From a virus, in the IMG/VR virus record IMGVR_UViG_3300022926_000007, positions 1 through 64,000 of that record: a stretch of DNA of 64,000 nt. The stretch is one strand, 5' to 3'. Shown here one piece after another: positions 39,951 through 47,875 of the stretch; position 1 is the stretch's first letter, and each line of letters opens with the position of its first letter. The notes below the pieces were generated by a model that did no database searches, was not told where the DNA came from, and saw only the letters and a list, made by a program, of their open reading frames with translations. A program made the translations under genes and the position numbers.

Positions 39951-40376
39951 TTATCTTAATCTTTCTAAAAATGTTGTTACAACAACTGGTTCGTTTGTAG
40001 CCACTACATAAAAGTAAATAGAAACTTTTAATCTATTTTTATCAGGTTCATCATCCACAGTTACATTTTGTAATGAAGCTCTAGGTTCATAGTTTTTAAT
40101 AATTTCTTCAATTTTTCTTTTTAAAAATATACCTGTTATAGGTGTAAAATTTTCAAAAAGTAGACCTCTAACTCCACTACCCAATTCTGGATGAAAAGGC
40201 CTCTCATAAAAATTAGTTTGTATCAAATTTTTAACACTTCTTTTTACAGCGTCAACATCTTCAACTTTAGGTATATCATTTGTAACAGGATTTCTTGTAA
40301 AGTTTAAATCCAAATCTGAATAGATTTTGTTACTTCTTTTACTCTTATTTGTGCTTGAAGCGTCATAACTTGCCAT
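39951..40376 (-). CDS. gp25: baseplate wedge subunit
   Basis: YSDLDL, AVKRSVKNL, ERPFHP..G, YEPR. Confidence 0.9.
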   Translation of the reverse strand: MASYDASSTNKSKRSNKIYSDLDLNFTRNPVTNDIPKVEDVDAVKRSVKNLIQTNFYERPFHPELGSGVRGLLFENFTPITGIFLKRKIEEIIKNYEPRASLQNVTVDDEPDKNRLKVSIYFYVVATNEPVVVTTFLERLR

Positions 40377-40384
40377 AGTAGTAA

Positions 40385-40392
40385 TATTTATA
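40385..40392 (-). promoter_or_regulatory. T4-type late promoter
   Basis: TATAAATA 8 nt before the gp25 ATG. Confidence 0.7.
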
Positions 40393-40394
40393 CA

Positions 40395-40682
40395 CTATCC
40401 AGCGAAAACATTTGAAGAACCTTCAGCCACACTAGTACAACCAGATATAGCGTCACCAACTCTTCCACAACCTTTACCGTTGATAAAAACAGTAGTTGAA
40501 CCTACAGCAATAGGTGCTGTATGAGGTGGGCACACAGCTGCTGGTAATAAATGTGATGTGTTATTATCACCTTGACGTGAAACAGGAATACTATTTACTC
40601 TTACGTTTGGAGATCCTTCAGCTCTTGTCATTCCTGAACAATGAGCCACATCTGCATCACCTATTCTAGTTACCGCTGGCAC
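40395..40682 (-). CDS. PAAR spike-tip protein (gp5.4-like)
   Basis: PAVTRIGD, GSPNVRVN, GS.TVFING...RVGD, GSSNVFAG. Confidence 0.9.
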   Translation of the reverse strand: MPAVTRIGDADVAHCSGMTRAEGSPNVRVNSIPVSRQGDNNTSHLLPAAVCPPHTAPIAVGSTTVFINGKGCGRVGDAISGCTSVAEGSSNVFAG

Positions 40683-40869
40683 GTGTCATTAACTCCTTTA
40701 AATAATCATCAAACTTTGACATTTGATTATGTTGTTCTTCGGTATGTGGTTCAGGTGGATAATCAGGTTTAAATGATATTACGTGTTCAAAACTACTTGG
40801 TATATCATTAAACTTATTATATTTCTCTAATTTGCCATTTCTTCTTATGACAAACTCACCTGTTAACAT
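40666..40869 (-). CDS. conserved small protein upstream of PAAR
   Basis: DIP..F.HVI.F.P..PPEPHT motif. Confidence 0.6.
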   Translation of the reverse strand: MLTGEFVIRRNGKLEKYNKFNDIPSSFEHVISFKPDYPPEPHTEEQHNQMSKFDDYLKELMTRASGN

Positions 40870-41012
40870 TATTTACCTTGTTTGTTATAAACTTTAAATG
40901 AACGTTTTTTATGTTTGTTCATTGAACTTTTTTTAACTTTTTTACTTGTGCCTTGTGAAGTCTTTTTAGGCATTCTTTCGTGTTTTACAAAACCTTTTGA
41001 TAATTTCGCCAT
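40869..41012 (-). CDS. small very basic protein, 47 aa (not in the ORF track)
   Basis: MAKLSKGFVKHERMPKKTSQG...SSMNKHKKRSFKVYNKQGK; TAATG-coupled at both ends. Confidence 0.7.
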   Translation of the reverse strand: MAKLSKGFVKHERMPKKTSQGTSKKVKKSSMNKHKKRSFKVYNKQGK

Positions 41013-41218
41013 TATTTACCTAATTTCTTTTTTCTTCCAAGAGGTAATTGAATTGAACTTACAACCTTTTTGCCTTTTTTACTAATATACTCAAATCCAA
41101 CAAGTTGATTTTTAAATTTTTCTTGTATAGACTTTACGGCCTTCTTAAAACTTGTATTTTCGTTTTTTTCTTCTTGTCCTTTGTCGTTCCAAAATAAGAA
41201 CTCTCTCATTTTTGCCAT
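41012..41218 (-). CDS. hypothetical basic protein
   Basis: ORF with a GGAG RBS; coupled to the next gene. Confidence 0.6.
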   Translation of the reverse strand: MAKMREFLFWNDKGQEEKNENTSFKKAVKSIQEKFKNQLVGFEYISKKGKKVVSSIQLPLGRKKKLGK

Positions 41219-41220
41219 TT

Positions 41221-41412
41221 TTATACTCCATTAAACGAATCATAATCCATTGAATCGTATGTTACTTCATTTTCATCAAAATCATTATTTTTTTCGTGTC
41301 GGCAATAACTACAACACAAAATTTCACCGTTTCCATCATAATTTTTCATACAATGGCCGCCACAATGGCAATCGTGCCCACAATTTTGACATTTCTGAAT
41401 TTTTTTTGTCAT
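41221..41412 (-). CDS. small Cys/His-rich (Zn-binding?) protein
   Basis: CQNCGHDCHC...C...CCSYCRH. Confidence 0.55.
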   Translation of the reverse strand: MTKKIQKCQNCGHDCHCGGHCMKNYDGNGEILCCSYCRHEKNNDFDENEVTYDSMDYDSFNGV

Positions 41413-41426
41413 TATTAATATTTATC

Positions 41427-41636
41427 TTAAAAATTACAGCTTATTTCTGCTTTCGGTTTTCCGTTTTTTAATAAATCTCTAATTTTTTCTTCGGTATTTT
41501 CTTTTTTTTCTTGTGATTCGTCTTTTTTTTGTGATTCTAGCTCAACTCCTGGCAAAAAACGACATTTTTCAACATTTTTAACACAGGAAGAGAACAAAAT
41601 AAGAACAAATAACAAAAAAATGTGATTTTTCTTCAT
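41427..41636 (-). CDS. putative lipoprotein
   Basis: MKK, hydrophobic stretch and LFSSC lipobox. Confidence 0.55.
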   Translation of the reverse strand: MKKNHIFLLFVLILFSSCVKNVEKCRFLPGVELESQKKDESQEKKENTEEKIRDLLKNGKPKAEISCNF

Positions 41637-41654
41637 TTTTTTTGCTTTTTTTGC

Positions 41655-41683
41655 TTGACTTTTATGTATTTATCTGGTATATT
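41655..41683 (+). promoter_or_regulatory. sigma70-type early promoter
   Basis: TTGACT-17bp-TATATT with an extended TG. Confidence 0.75.
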
Positions 41684-41719
41684 GGACGAGTAATGACAAC
41701 AAAAACAAAGGAAAACACA

Positions 41720-42055
41720 ATGTTAAACAAAAAAGAAAAAAACAAACACAATATATCATTATCACTTTTAAAATCAATTAAGTATATTGATAAAAATGAT
41801 TATGATTTAGTTAATAAAGTAACAAAAATGAAAAATGATAGTAATAAAACTTATTATTTCATTAATTATGATAGTGTTACGCCTTCATATGTTGTGAAAG
41901 AAACTATCAGACCTTTCAATAGAACGAAGAAATATATTTCTAGTCAAAAACCTGTGATGAAAATATCTTCAATCTATAATCAATCTATGTATAGAACAAT
42001 TGATATACAAAAATATATTGATATTATTAACAAAGAAGAAAAGAAAGTAGCATAA
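41720..42055 (+). CDS. hypothetical early protein
   Basis: Start moved downstream of the promoter; AAGGA RBS before MLNK (alternative start 41693). Confidence 0.6.
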   Translation: MLNKKEKNKHNISLSLLKSIKYIDKNDYDLVNKVTKMKNDSNKTYYFINYDSVTPSYVVKETIRPFNRTKKYISSQKPVMKISSIYNQSMYRTIDIQKYIDIINKEEKKVA

Positions 42056-42231
42056 TGACAAATATTTTATCTATTACTACTATTGTTTCATTAATATTAG
42101 CTGCTGGCGCCATTGAAGATTGTGGTGGCGCCTGTATTGGAAACGAAAATTGGACAGCATTTTTTATTTGCTTGACAATTGCTATGATTTGTGGTATACT
42201 AACCATATTAACACTTAAAAAAGGAGACTAA
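42055..42231 (+). CDS. small two-TM membrane protein, 58 aa (not in the ORF track)
   Basis: MTNILSITTIVSLILAAGAIEDCGGACIGNENWTAFFICL...; TAATG overlap. Confidence 0.65.
   Translation: MTNILSITTIVSLILAAGAIEDCGGACIGNENWTAFFICLTIAMICGILTILTLKKGD
42172..42200 (+). promoter_or_regulatory. sigma70-type early promoter
   Basis: TTGACA-17bp-TATACT with an extended TG. Confidence 0.75.
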
Positions 42232-42234
42232 ACT

Positions 42235-42597
42235 ATGATAAAAGTAGAAAAAACAGCAAATACACTAGACGAAGGAATTAAAAACTTAATGGCTGGTGCT
42301 AAACAAGACTATGTAAGAATGTCAACAATGGGTGGCAAAGAACTTACTGGTTATTCTAAAGAACAAGTTGACAATTGGGATATGAAAACAAGAGTTTCAT
42401 TCGGTAAAAAGTATATTAAAGTTGTACAAGATACTGGTGTTTTTTGTTTTATTGCTAAAGAAGACTTTAAACATTTTAAAAAAGGTGATATATTAAAAGC
42501 GGCTGGTTGGAATGCTCCTGCTTTAAACTCACCAAGAGGAAATGTATTAACAGGTAACTATCCAATTCAATGGACAGGTCCATTATATTTAAAATAA
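42235..42597 (+). CDS. conserved phage hypothetical protein
   Basis: GKKYIKV...GDILKAAGWNAPA...RGN...WTGP.YL motif; AAGGAG RBS. Confidence 0.7.
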   Translation: MIKVEKTANTLDEGIKNLMAGAKQDYVRMSTMGGKELTGYSKEQVDNWDMKTRVSFGKKYIKVVQDTGVFCFIAKEDFKHFKKGDILKAAGWNAPALNSPRGNVLTGNYPIQWTGPLYLK

Positions 42598-42618
42598 AAT
42601 AATAAAGGAGAAAACACT

Positions 42619-42858
42619 ATGATGATAGAAACACTAAACAAAATGAGTATCACTCAATTAAATGATACCAAGGCTATGATTGATGTATTAATCAAGTCTA
42701 AAGTTAAAAACGAAATGAAGGTTGGCACAAAGGTGAATGTTGTACAAAAAACTAAAAAGACGCCTGGTGTAATTACCAAAATTATGAATAGTAAATGTCT
42801 GGTTGATTTATCAGGCAGAATCTATAGAGTACCAATGACAATGTTGGAGGTAGCATAA
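42619..42858 (+). CDS. small SH3/KOW-like hypothetical protein
   Basis: KVGTKV...GVITKI...YRVP; AAGGAG RBS. Confidence 0.6.
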   Translation: MMIETLNKMSITQLNDTKAMIDVLIKSKVKNEMKVGTKVNVVQKTKKTPGVITKIMNSKCLVDLSGRIYRVPMTMLEVA

Positions 42859-43130
42859 TGTTGTACGCTGATAAAGTTATGAATACTGATTATTACCAAA
42901 AACTAAAAAAGGTTAGTAATAGTATTGCTAAAAAATATAAAGGCCACCCTTTAGAGAAAGGAATAGCCAAAGGCATACCAATGAAGTATCTGCCTTTGTT
43001 TAAAGAGTTTTCTAAAAAAGTAAAACCTTTAAGAATAAGATATAGAGGCAATTCAAAACCAGGTTATAGACGGCCAAGGGATTATGTTCATATGGCCTAT
43101 GCTGATACTTTTGCCATTTATTACAGATGA
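42858..43130 (+). CDS. hypothetical protein
   Basis: GGAGG RBS; RIRYRG...A.TFAIY. Confidence 0.6.
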   Translation: MLYADKVMNTDYYQKLKKVSNSIAKKYKGHPLEKGIAKGIPMKYLPLFKEFSKKVKPLRIRYRGNSKPGYRRPRDYVHMAYADTFAIYYR

Positions 43131-43297
43131 TAAAATATCAAGTTACAAAAGACGGCAAGATTTTAAAAGAGTTTGATAATGATTGGGATGCCGCCATCTT
43201 TGCCTGTAATAATGAATACGGACCAGGTATGAAAATATATACAAACTCAAAAGAGAAAACAGAAAGTTGGATACACTTTGAATACAAAAAAATATAA
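43127..43297 (+). CDS. hypothetical 56-aa protein (not in the ORF track)
   Basis: MIKYQVTKDGKILKEF...; ATGA overlap with the previous gene. Confidence 0.55.
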   Translation: MIKYQVTKDGKILKEFDNDWDAAIFACNNEYGPGMKIYTNSKEKTESWIHFEYKKI

Positions 43298-43517
43298 AAT
43301 AGATTATTATTTAAAATGGATAGCGACAGGCCTATTAATTATCGGCGCCGCTCTTAATTCACTTAATATCTATCCATATGGACCTTTAATGAATTTATTA
43401 GGTGGCTTTGTATGGTTGGCTGTTTCAGTTATGTGGAAAGAAGCCGCCTTAATTACAACTAATGTTGTTTTAGCTAGTGTAACTATTATAGGATTAGTTT
43501 ACACGTATTTCTTTTAA
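43278..43517 (+). CDS. small multi-TM membrane protein
   Basis: LKWIAT...NIYP...W.E.ALI..N, three hydrophobic helices. Confidence 0.6.
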   Translation: MNTKKYKIDYYLKWIATGLLIIGAALNSLNIYPYGPLMNLLGGFVWLAVSVMWKEAALITTNVVLASVTIIGLVYTYFF

Positions 43518-43594
43518 GCAGACGTAGCTCAATTGGTTAGAGCGCTGGTTTGTGGAACCAGAGGTTGATTGTTCGATTCAATCCGTCTGTACCA
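43518..43594 (+). tRNA. tRNA-His (GTG) with encoded CCA
   Basis: Cloverleaf: acceptor GCAGACG/CGTCTGT, D arm GCTC/GAGC, anticodon arm CTGGT-TTGTGGA-ACCAG, T arm GATTG-TTCGATT-CAATC, ACCA end. Confidence 0.95.
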
Positions 43595-43620
43595 GTTTCT
43601 TTGTTGTTGATTGTTAAAGT

Positions 43621-43690
43621 GAGAGGTGCTTGTGTGTGGAGGTAAGCACCTCTCTATGAGAGAGCTACGCTCTCTCGTGGTGTGGTATAG
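43621..43690 (-). ncRNA. candidate two-hairpin small RNA
   Basis: TATAAATA at 43692-43699, followed by perfect 8-bp and 11-bp hairpins; no ORF seen. Confidence 0.5.
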
Positions 43691-43702
43691 TTATTTATAC
43701 AC

Positions 43703-43897
43703 TTACCAATTATTTGTGGATTTAACTTTTGTGTGAGCTAAGACTTTATCTTTGTTTGGTCCGTGTTTAACAATGTAACCAGATGTTCCACCAGCATTGA
43801 TGTCAACTTCTTTTCTGGCACTAAACAAAGCTTTTGTTTTTTTCTCAAGCTCTTTAGACTTACTATAACCTGTAAGTAATCTTGTATGTCTTTCCAT
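43703..43897 (-). CDS. small basic protein downstream of the glutamine riboswitch
   Basis: 64 aa; strong AAGGAGG RBS. Confidence 0.7.
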   Translation of the reverse strand: MERHTRLLTGYSKSKELEKKTKALFSARKEVDINAGGTSGYIVKHGPNKDKVLAHTKVKSTNNW

Positions 43898-43921
43898 AAC
43901 ACCCTCCTTTTTAAAGTTAGG

Positions 43922-43968
43922 TGCGTTCCTTCGGCATTTGCCTACTTCCGTCCGTTTCAGGATGAACG
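43922..43968 (-). ncRNA. glnA-type glutamine riboswitch
   Basis: CGUUCAUCC-UGAAAC-GGACGGAAGUA-GGCA-AA-UGCC-GAAGGAACGCA: P1 CGUUC/GAACG, P2, and P3 with an E-loop (AGUA/GAA). Confidence 0.85.
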
Positions 43969-43976
43969 TATATTAT

Positions 43977-43984
43977 TATTTATA
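43977..43984 (-). promoter_or_regulatory. T4-type late promoter immediately before the riboswitch
   Basis: TATAAATA. Confidence 0.7.
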
Positions 43985-44015
43985 ACAGATATGTGCCTAA
44001 AACATATCTAATATG

Positions 44016-44044
44016 AATATAACACATATCTGTATAAATGTCAA
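44016..44044 (-). promoter_or_regulatory. sigma70-type early promoter
   Basis: TTGACA-17bp-TATATT on the minus strand. Confidence 0.7.
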
Positions 44045-44046
44045 TG

Positions 44047-44526
44047 TTAAAATTTTGATAAGAAGTTTGCGATTTGTTTGACAAATGGAAGTAATGTAAA
44101 CGCCATTATCAAATTTACACCAGTATGTGCTAAAGCGATATGTCTTGTAATTCCTTGTGGTATTCCATCAGATACTAAAAATCCAGCAATCCATATTGTA
44201 CCTGTTGTACCTATGTTTGCCCCTAATACGGCGGCTATGGCCGCTGGTAATGGAACGGCACCAGAGGCAACAAGAGCTATGATTGCTGTCGTTGATAGTG
44301 ATGATGATTGCCAAAGTAATGTCATAATGATACCACCAAAAAACATATAAACTGTATTGTGTGTAAAATAAGATAAGTGATCTAAATTACCCATTGATTT
44401 CATTCCACCTGAAAACATTTTCAAACCAATATAAAATACCACTAGACCTACAAGGGTAGTGATTATAGGATTCCCTAATTCCATTTCTTTGACCTTTTTG
44501 ATTAGTTTTTTAAATGAAGACCTCAT
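44047..44526 (-). CDS. Na+/phosphate cotransporter family protein (single repeat)
   Basis: QSSS signature followed by LGANIGTT; LAHTGVN. Confidence 0.8.
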   Translation of the reverse strand: MRSSFKKLIKKVKEMELGNPIITTLVGLVVFYIGLKMFSGGMKSMGNLDHLSYFTHNTVYMFFGGIIMTLLWQSSSLSTTAIIALVASGAVPLPAAIAAVLGANIGTTGTIWIAGFLVSDGIPQGITRHIALAHTGVNLIMAFTLLPFVKQIANFLSKF

Positions 44527-44574
44527 CTAAAAAATATTTAGAACTAGAAAAGTGATTGTAACAAAAGTTTAATA

Positions 44575-45861
44575 CTATTGTATGATAAGGTAAATACTAC
44601 TATCCGTTGTAAGTTTTTTGGATGTAAAGTAATTAAACTTCATATGATTTTCAAAAGACTTTGGTTTCATTAAAAAAGAATACATATAACTCATTAAGTT
44701 GGCAAATCTATCTTGTACTAGTTTGTCACCTCTTTTAAACAATCGTATGGCCTCATCATAGTTTTCAATTGTATTTGACAATCGTTTATACTTACTAAAC
44801 ATTTCTTTTAATTCTCTTTGTGCTACACTATAACTTGATTGATTTACACCACCACCTCTTAATTTGTAATTATATTCTTCATCTACATATTTTGTATAAG
44901 CCTTAGCATCAACGGCGCCTGTTTGAAAACCAGCACCAATAAAACGGCCTTCTAATGAAACGTTTAATGTAGTAGCACTTGCCTTAAAACCCACACGAAC
45001 AGCAAAACCAGATTTAGTTATAACAATAAAATTATTAAAACTTTCTGATAAATCCACTCTATCAAACTTTAAATCTAAATCTAACTTTTGTGTCATTAAT
45101 TTACTCGGGTCAATAATAGAAGAAGTTGCTCTTGGCTTTTCTACTTGTTTAAGTGAAATAGGAATAACATCTCTTTTTTTAAAGGCCTTTGTTAATTCAC
45201 CATTTAACTCATTGGCCGATTTAGAATTTAATAAAGGTTTCATATTATAATTTTTACGTATCATCCATACATCACCTGGATTCCAGTTATCATCTAATTT
45301 ACCCGTTAACCCACGAGCTAGTTTATATAACTCATTGGTCATTGGACCTTTTTGTCTTTCGTAATGATAACCTTTTTTTAGTTTATACTTTTTTAATTCA
45401 TTTAATTGCTTTAAAGCACTTTCATAATAAAAACTATCAAACAATGTTTCATACACACCTTTAATTTTTCCCACCATTGATTTAACTTGTTCCTCTTTTA
45501 AAGTACGGCCTGTTTCAATATAACTTTCAAATAGATGCATTGATACTAATTCTTTTATTTCAGTCAATACATTGGTTTTTGATTTGGCGTTGGCCGTATA
45601 GTGATTAAATGAACCGTTAATAGAACTTTCAGATCCTTCAATTAACACAATCTTATTTTTACTATCTTTAAGTACAATGGATTTATTGCCTTTGGCCAAT
45701 TCTATAAACTTATTGGCCTTAACTTTTCTACGTATAATTAAAAACACAGATTTACCTGGCACATAACCCTCTTTTTTAAACAAGGCACTATTTACAGGCT
45801 TATCTTTTAATATAACTCTATGGTTTTCACCATACTTTTTATTTTCTACGATTGACGCCAT
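44575..45861 (-). CDS. putative PD-(D/E)XK-fold nuclease
   Basis: DNWNPGDVW...ISLK motif; TATAAATA at 45885-45892. Confidence 0.5.
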   Translation of the reverse strand: MASIVENKKYGENHRVILKDKPVNSALFKKEGYVPGKSVFLIIRRKVKANKFIELAKGNKSIVLKDSKNKIVLIEGSESSINGSFNHYTANAKSKTNVLTEIKELVSMHLFESYIETGRTLKEEQVKSMVGKIKGVYETLFDSFYYESALKQLNELKKYKLKKGYHYERQKGPMTNELYKLARGLTGKLDDNWNPGDVWMIRKNYNMKPLLNSKSANELNGELTKAFKKRDVIPISLKQVEKPRATSSIIDPSKLMTQKLDLDLKFDRVDLSESFNNFIVITKSGFAVRVGFKASATTLNVSLEGRFIGAGFQTGAVDAKAYTKYVDEEYNYKLRGGGVNQSSYSVAQRELKEMFSKYKRLSNTIENYDEAIRLFKRGDKLVQDRFANLMSYMYSFLMKPKSFENHMKFNYFTSKKLTTDSSIYLIIQ

Positions 45862-45937
45862 AATTCTCTCTCTTTATACTTCAATATTTATAGAATGGCA
45901 AGAGATTTTTTCCGAGTTTCCGGTGGTTAAGTGGCCT

Positions 45938-46201
45938 CTAAGGCTTAATTCTTAATAGTATCTTTTTAATGTTTTCATACCAGAATATACCACTTTGTCG
46001 TAGTTTATTGTTAGAACTACGTAACTTCTCCAGACTATTACGTAACCGTGTAACTTGTGCCTTTGTAAGTCGTTTATCATTTTGTTGTAAATGTTCTAAC
46101 TTTTCTATTATATCATCTATTTGAATACAAGTGTAATCAGGTATCTTTGGTGCCTTCTTTTTTAGATAAGGTAGAGTAAAACTCTTAGGCCATTTTGCCA
46201 T
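45938..46201 (-). CDS. hypothetical coiled-coil protein
   Basis: APKIPDYTC..ID...LEKLR..N..LR. Confidence 0.55.
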   Translation of the reverse strand: MAKWPKSFTLPYLKKKAPKIPDYTCIQIDDIIEKLEHLQQNDKRLTKAQVTRLRNSLEKLRSSNNKLRQSGIFWYENIKKILLRIKP

Positions 46202-46550
46202 AGTAGTATGTCCTTTGTAAGTAACAGGCCAGTTGTTAAGGGGAATGTAGAATAATATTACTTTAATATTTAGGAGATAAAGTCGTCTTCCTACGTGTAT
46301 TTTTATCCGAGGGGTTTTTTCTATAAAAGGAAGTGTATTAAGTTGTCTAGCTGGACTCTAAGCTTTTCCTGATGGTTCAACACCACTATGTATAAGATAT
46401 AGAAACTCTACAAGGTGGCCATTTAAATATGGCCTCCAATATATCTATTAACATCTTTATTACATTTATAGTTTAGCAAGCCGCTCCAGTTTGCATAAGC
46501 ACTTTTCCACCACAGGTTTTCGAGCCATAAAAAACACGGCCATATATAAG

Positions 46551-47453
46551 CTAAGGGTTTAAGTCTATTGTAGAGCCTGTATGTATTACTGCTCCAGTTG
46601 TGTTACTTGTCTTTGTACCACTTATGGTTTCTGTTTTATTACCTGCTACGGCCACGTTTAGATTGCCGTTTATCTTTAAGTCGTAGTCGCCGTTAACTAT
46701 GACATCTTTGTCGCCTTGTATATAGACCTTGTTGTCGTTGGTGATTAAGATGTACTTGTCGTTTTTTATTATTTCAATGGTATCACCGTTTGCTGTCATT
46801 TCAATAGAAGTGCCTGACTTGTGACGTAGGTGTATTCGTTCTTTGGTGTCCGTATCATCAAATTCCATTATATGGCCAGACTCACTTTCGTAAACGTGAT
46901 TGTATGGATAAACGGCCGCATAATCAATTTCAGGTTGTGACCAAGTATTATTTACTCCTACAATATTGGTAATCCTATCGGCCTTTCGTGTCGTCAATGA
47001 CGCTGCCTCTTTGTCTGGATTATTAACGGCCAACCTATTGGTATCTGGCTCATCTACCTCTCGTGGATAGACCGACTTTGTTTCGTCATCTGGCCTTGGA
47101 TTTGGGTCATTAAACCCCTTATTTGGATTTCCCAATAAAGACGGCCTGCCAGGTAAACTACCTAACACTATAGGCTCTTGTAAGTCTTCATCTCTAAAAT
47201 ATCCAAACACCCAACTACCTTCAACAAAGGCCGAAGGTGATTGGCCAATTCCTGATATGCCGGCTGATGTAGTAGGTAACAAACAAGTTGCCCAAGGTAA
47301 ATCGGCCGTTGGTAATTTAATCTTGTCTTGTGTATGATAACCAATACAACGTACACGCACACGGCCAGTGTATTGAGGGTCTTGCCTGTCTTCAACTACG
47401 CCATTGAACCAGATGAAACCGTTACGGCCTAGAAAATTTTTGTCTGTAATCAT
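46551..47453 (-). CDS. gp5: baseplate central spike, no lysozyme domain
   Basis: GVVEDRQDP...GRVRVRCIG.H, LPWA, YPYNHVYESESGH..EFDDT, C-terminal beta-helix repeats. Confidence 0.9.
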   Translation of the reverse strand: MITDKNFLGRNGFIWFNGVVEDRQDPQYTGRVRVRCIGYHTQDKIKLPTADLPWATCLLPTTSAGISGIGQSPSAFVEGSWVFGYFRDEDLQEPIVLGSLPGRPSLLGNPNKGFNDPNPRPDDETKSVYPREVDEPDTNRLAVNNPDKEAASLTTRKADRITNIVGVNNTWSQPEIDYAAVYPYNHVYESESGHIMEFDDTDTKERIHLRHKSGTSIEMTANGDTIEIIKNDKYILITNDNKVYIQGDKDVIVNGDYDLKINGNLNVAVAGNKTETISGTKTSNTTGAVIHTGSTIDLNP

Positions 47454-47500
47454 TTTTATTTTTACCGATAATTGTCGCCTTTTAATTCACTCACTATACG

Positions 47501-47749
47501 CTATTTTAACCTATTTCTTCGTACTGTACGCAAATGGCCTATTCTATTACTTATACCACTTATAAGGCCTCGTATATACCCAAACCCTTGTCCCATATAG
47601 AAACAGGCAGTCGCCAGACTGACTTTAGCTTCGTGGCCTTCTAGTTTACCCTTGTAGAACCTCATATATTGTCTTCTATCATATTCCTCTATCAGTCTAT
47701 CGGAGAGGTGGCCGTATGAAGTTCTTATCTTGTTATATAATTTGTTCAT
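47501..47749 (-). CDS. hypothetical protein (uncertain)
   Basis: ORF only. Confidence 0.35.
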   Translation of the reverse strand: MNKLYNKIRTSYGHLSDRLIEEYDRRQYMRFYKGKLEGHEAKVSLATACFYMGQGFGYIRGLISGISNRIGHLRTVRRNRLK

Positions 47750-47875
47750 TGTCTTTATTTACTTGCCTTTCACTTTCATTTGTGTTATATTGTAGGCCAT
47801 ATACTCATATGTTGATTGGTGGCCTGCTCCACAGCGCTCGGAAGCGTCGGAAACTCTCTTATTCTCTATACCTCT

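Noticed and set aside
46202-46550. Possible small ORFs or ncRNA in the long spacer downstream of gp5
   Set aside because: Only very short ORFs and weak stems; kept only as part of the GGCC cluster
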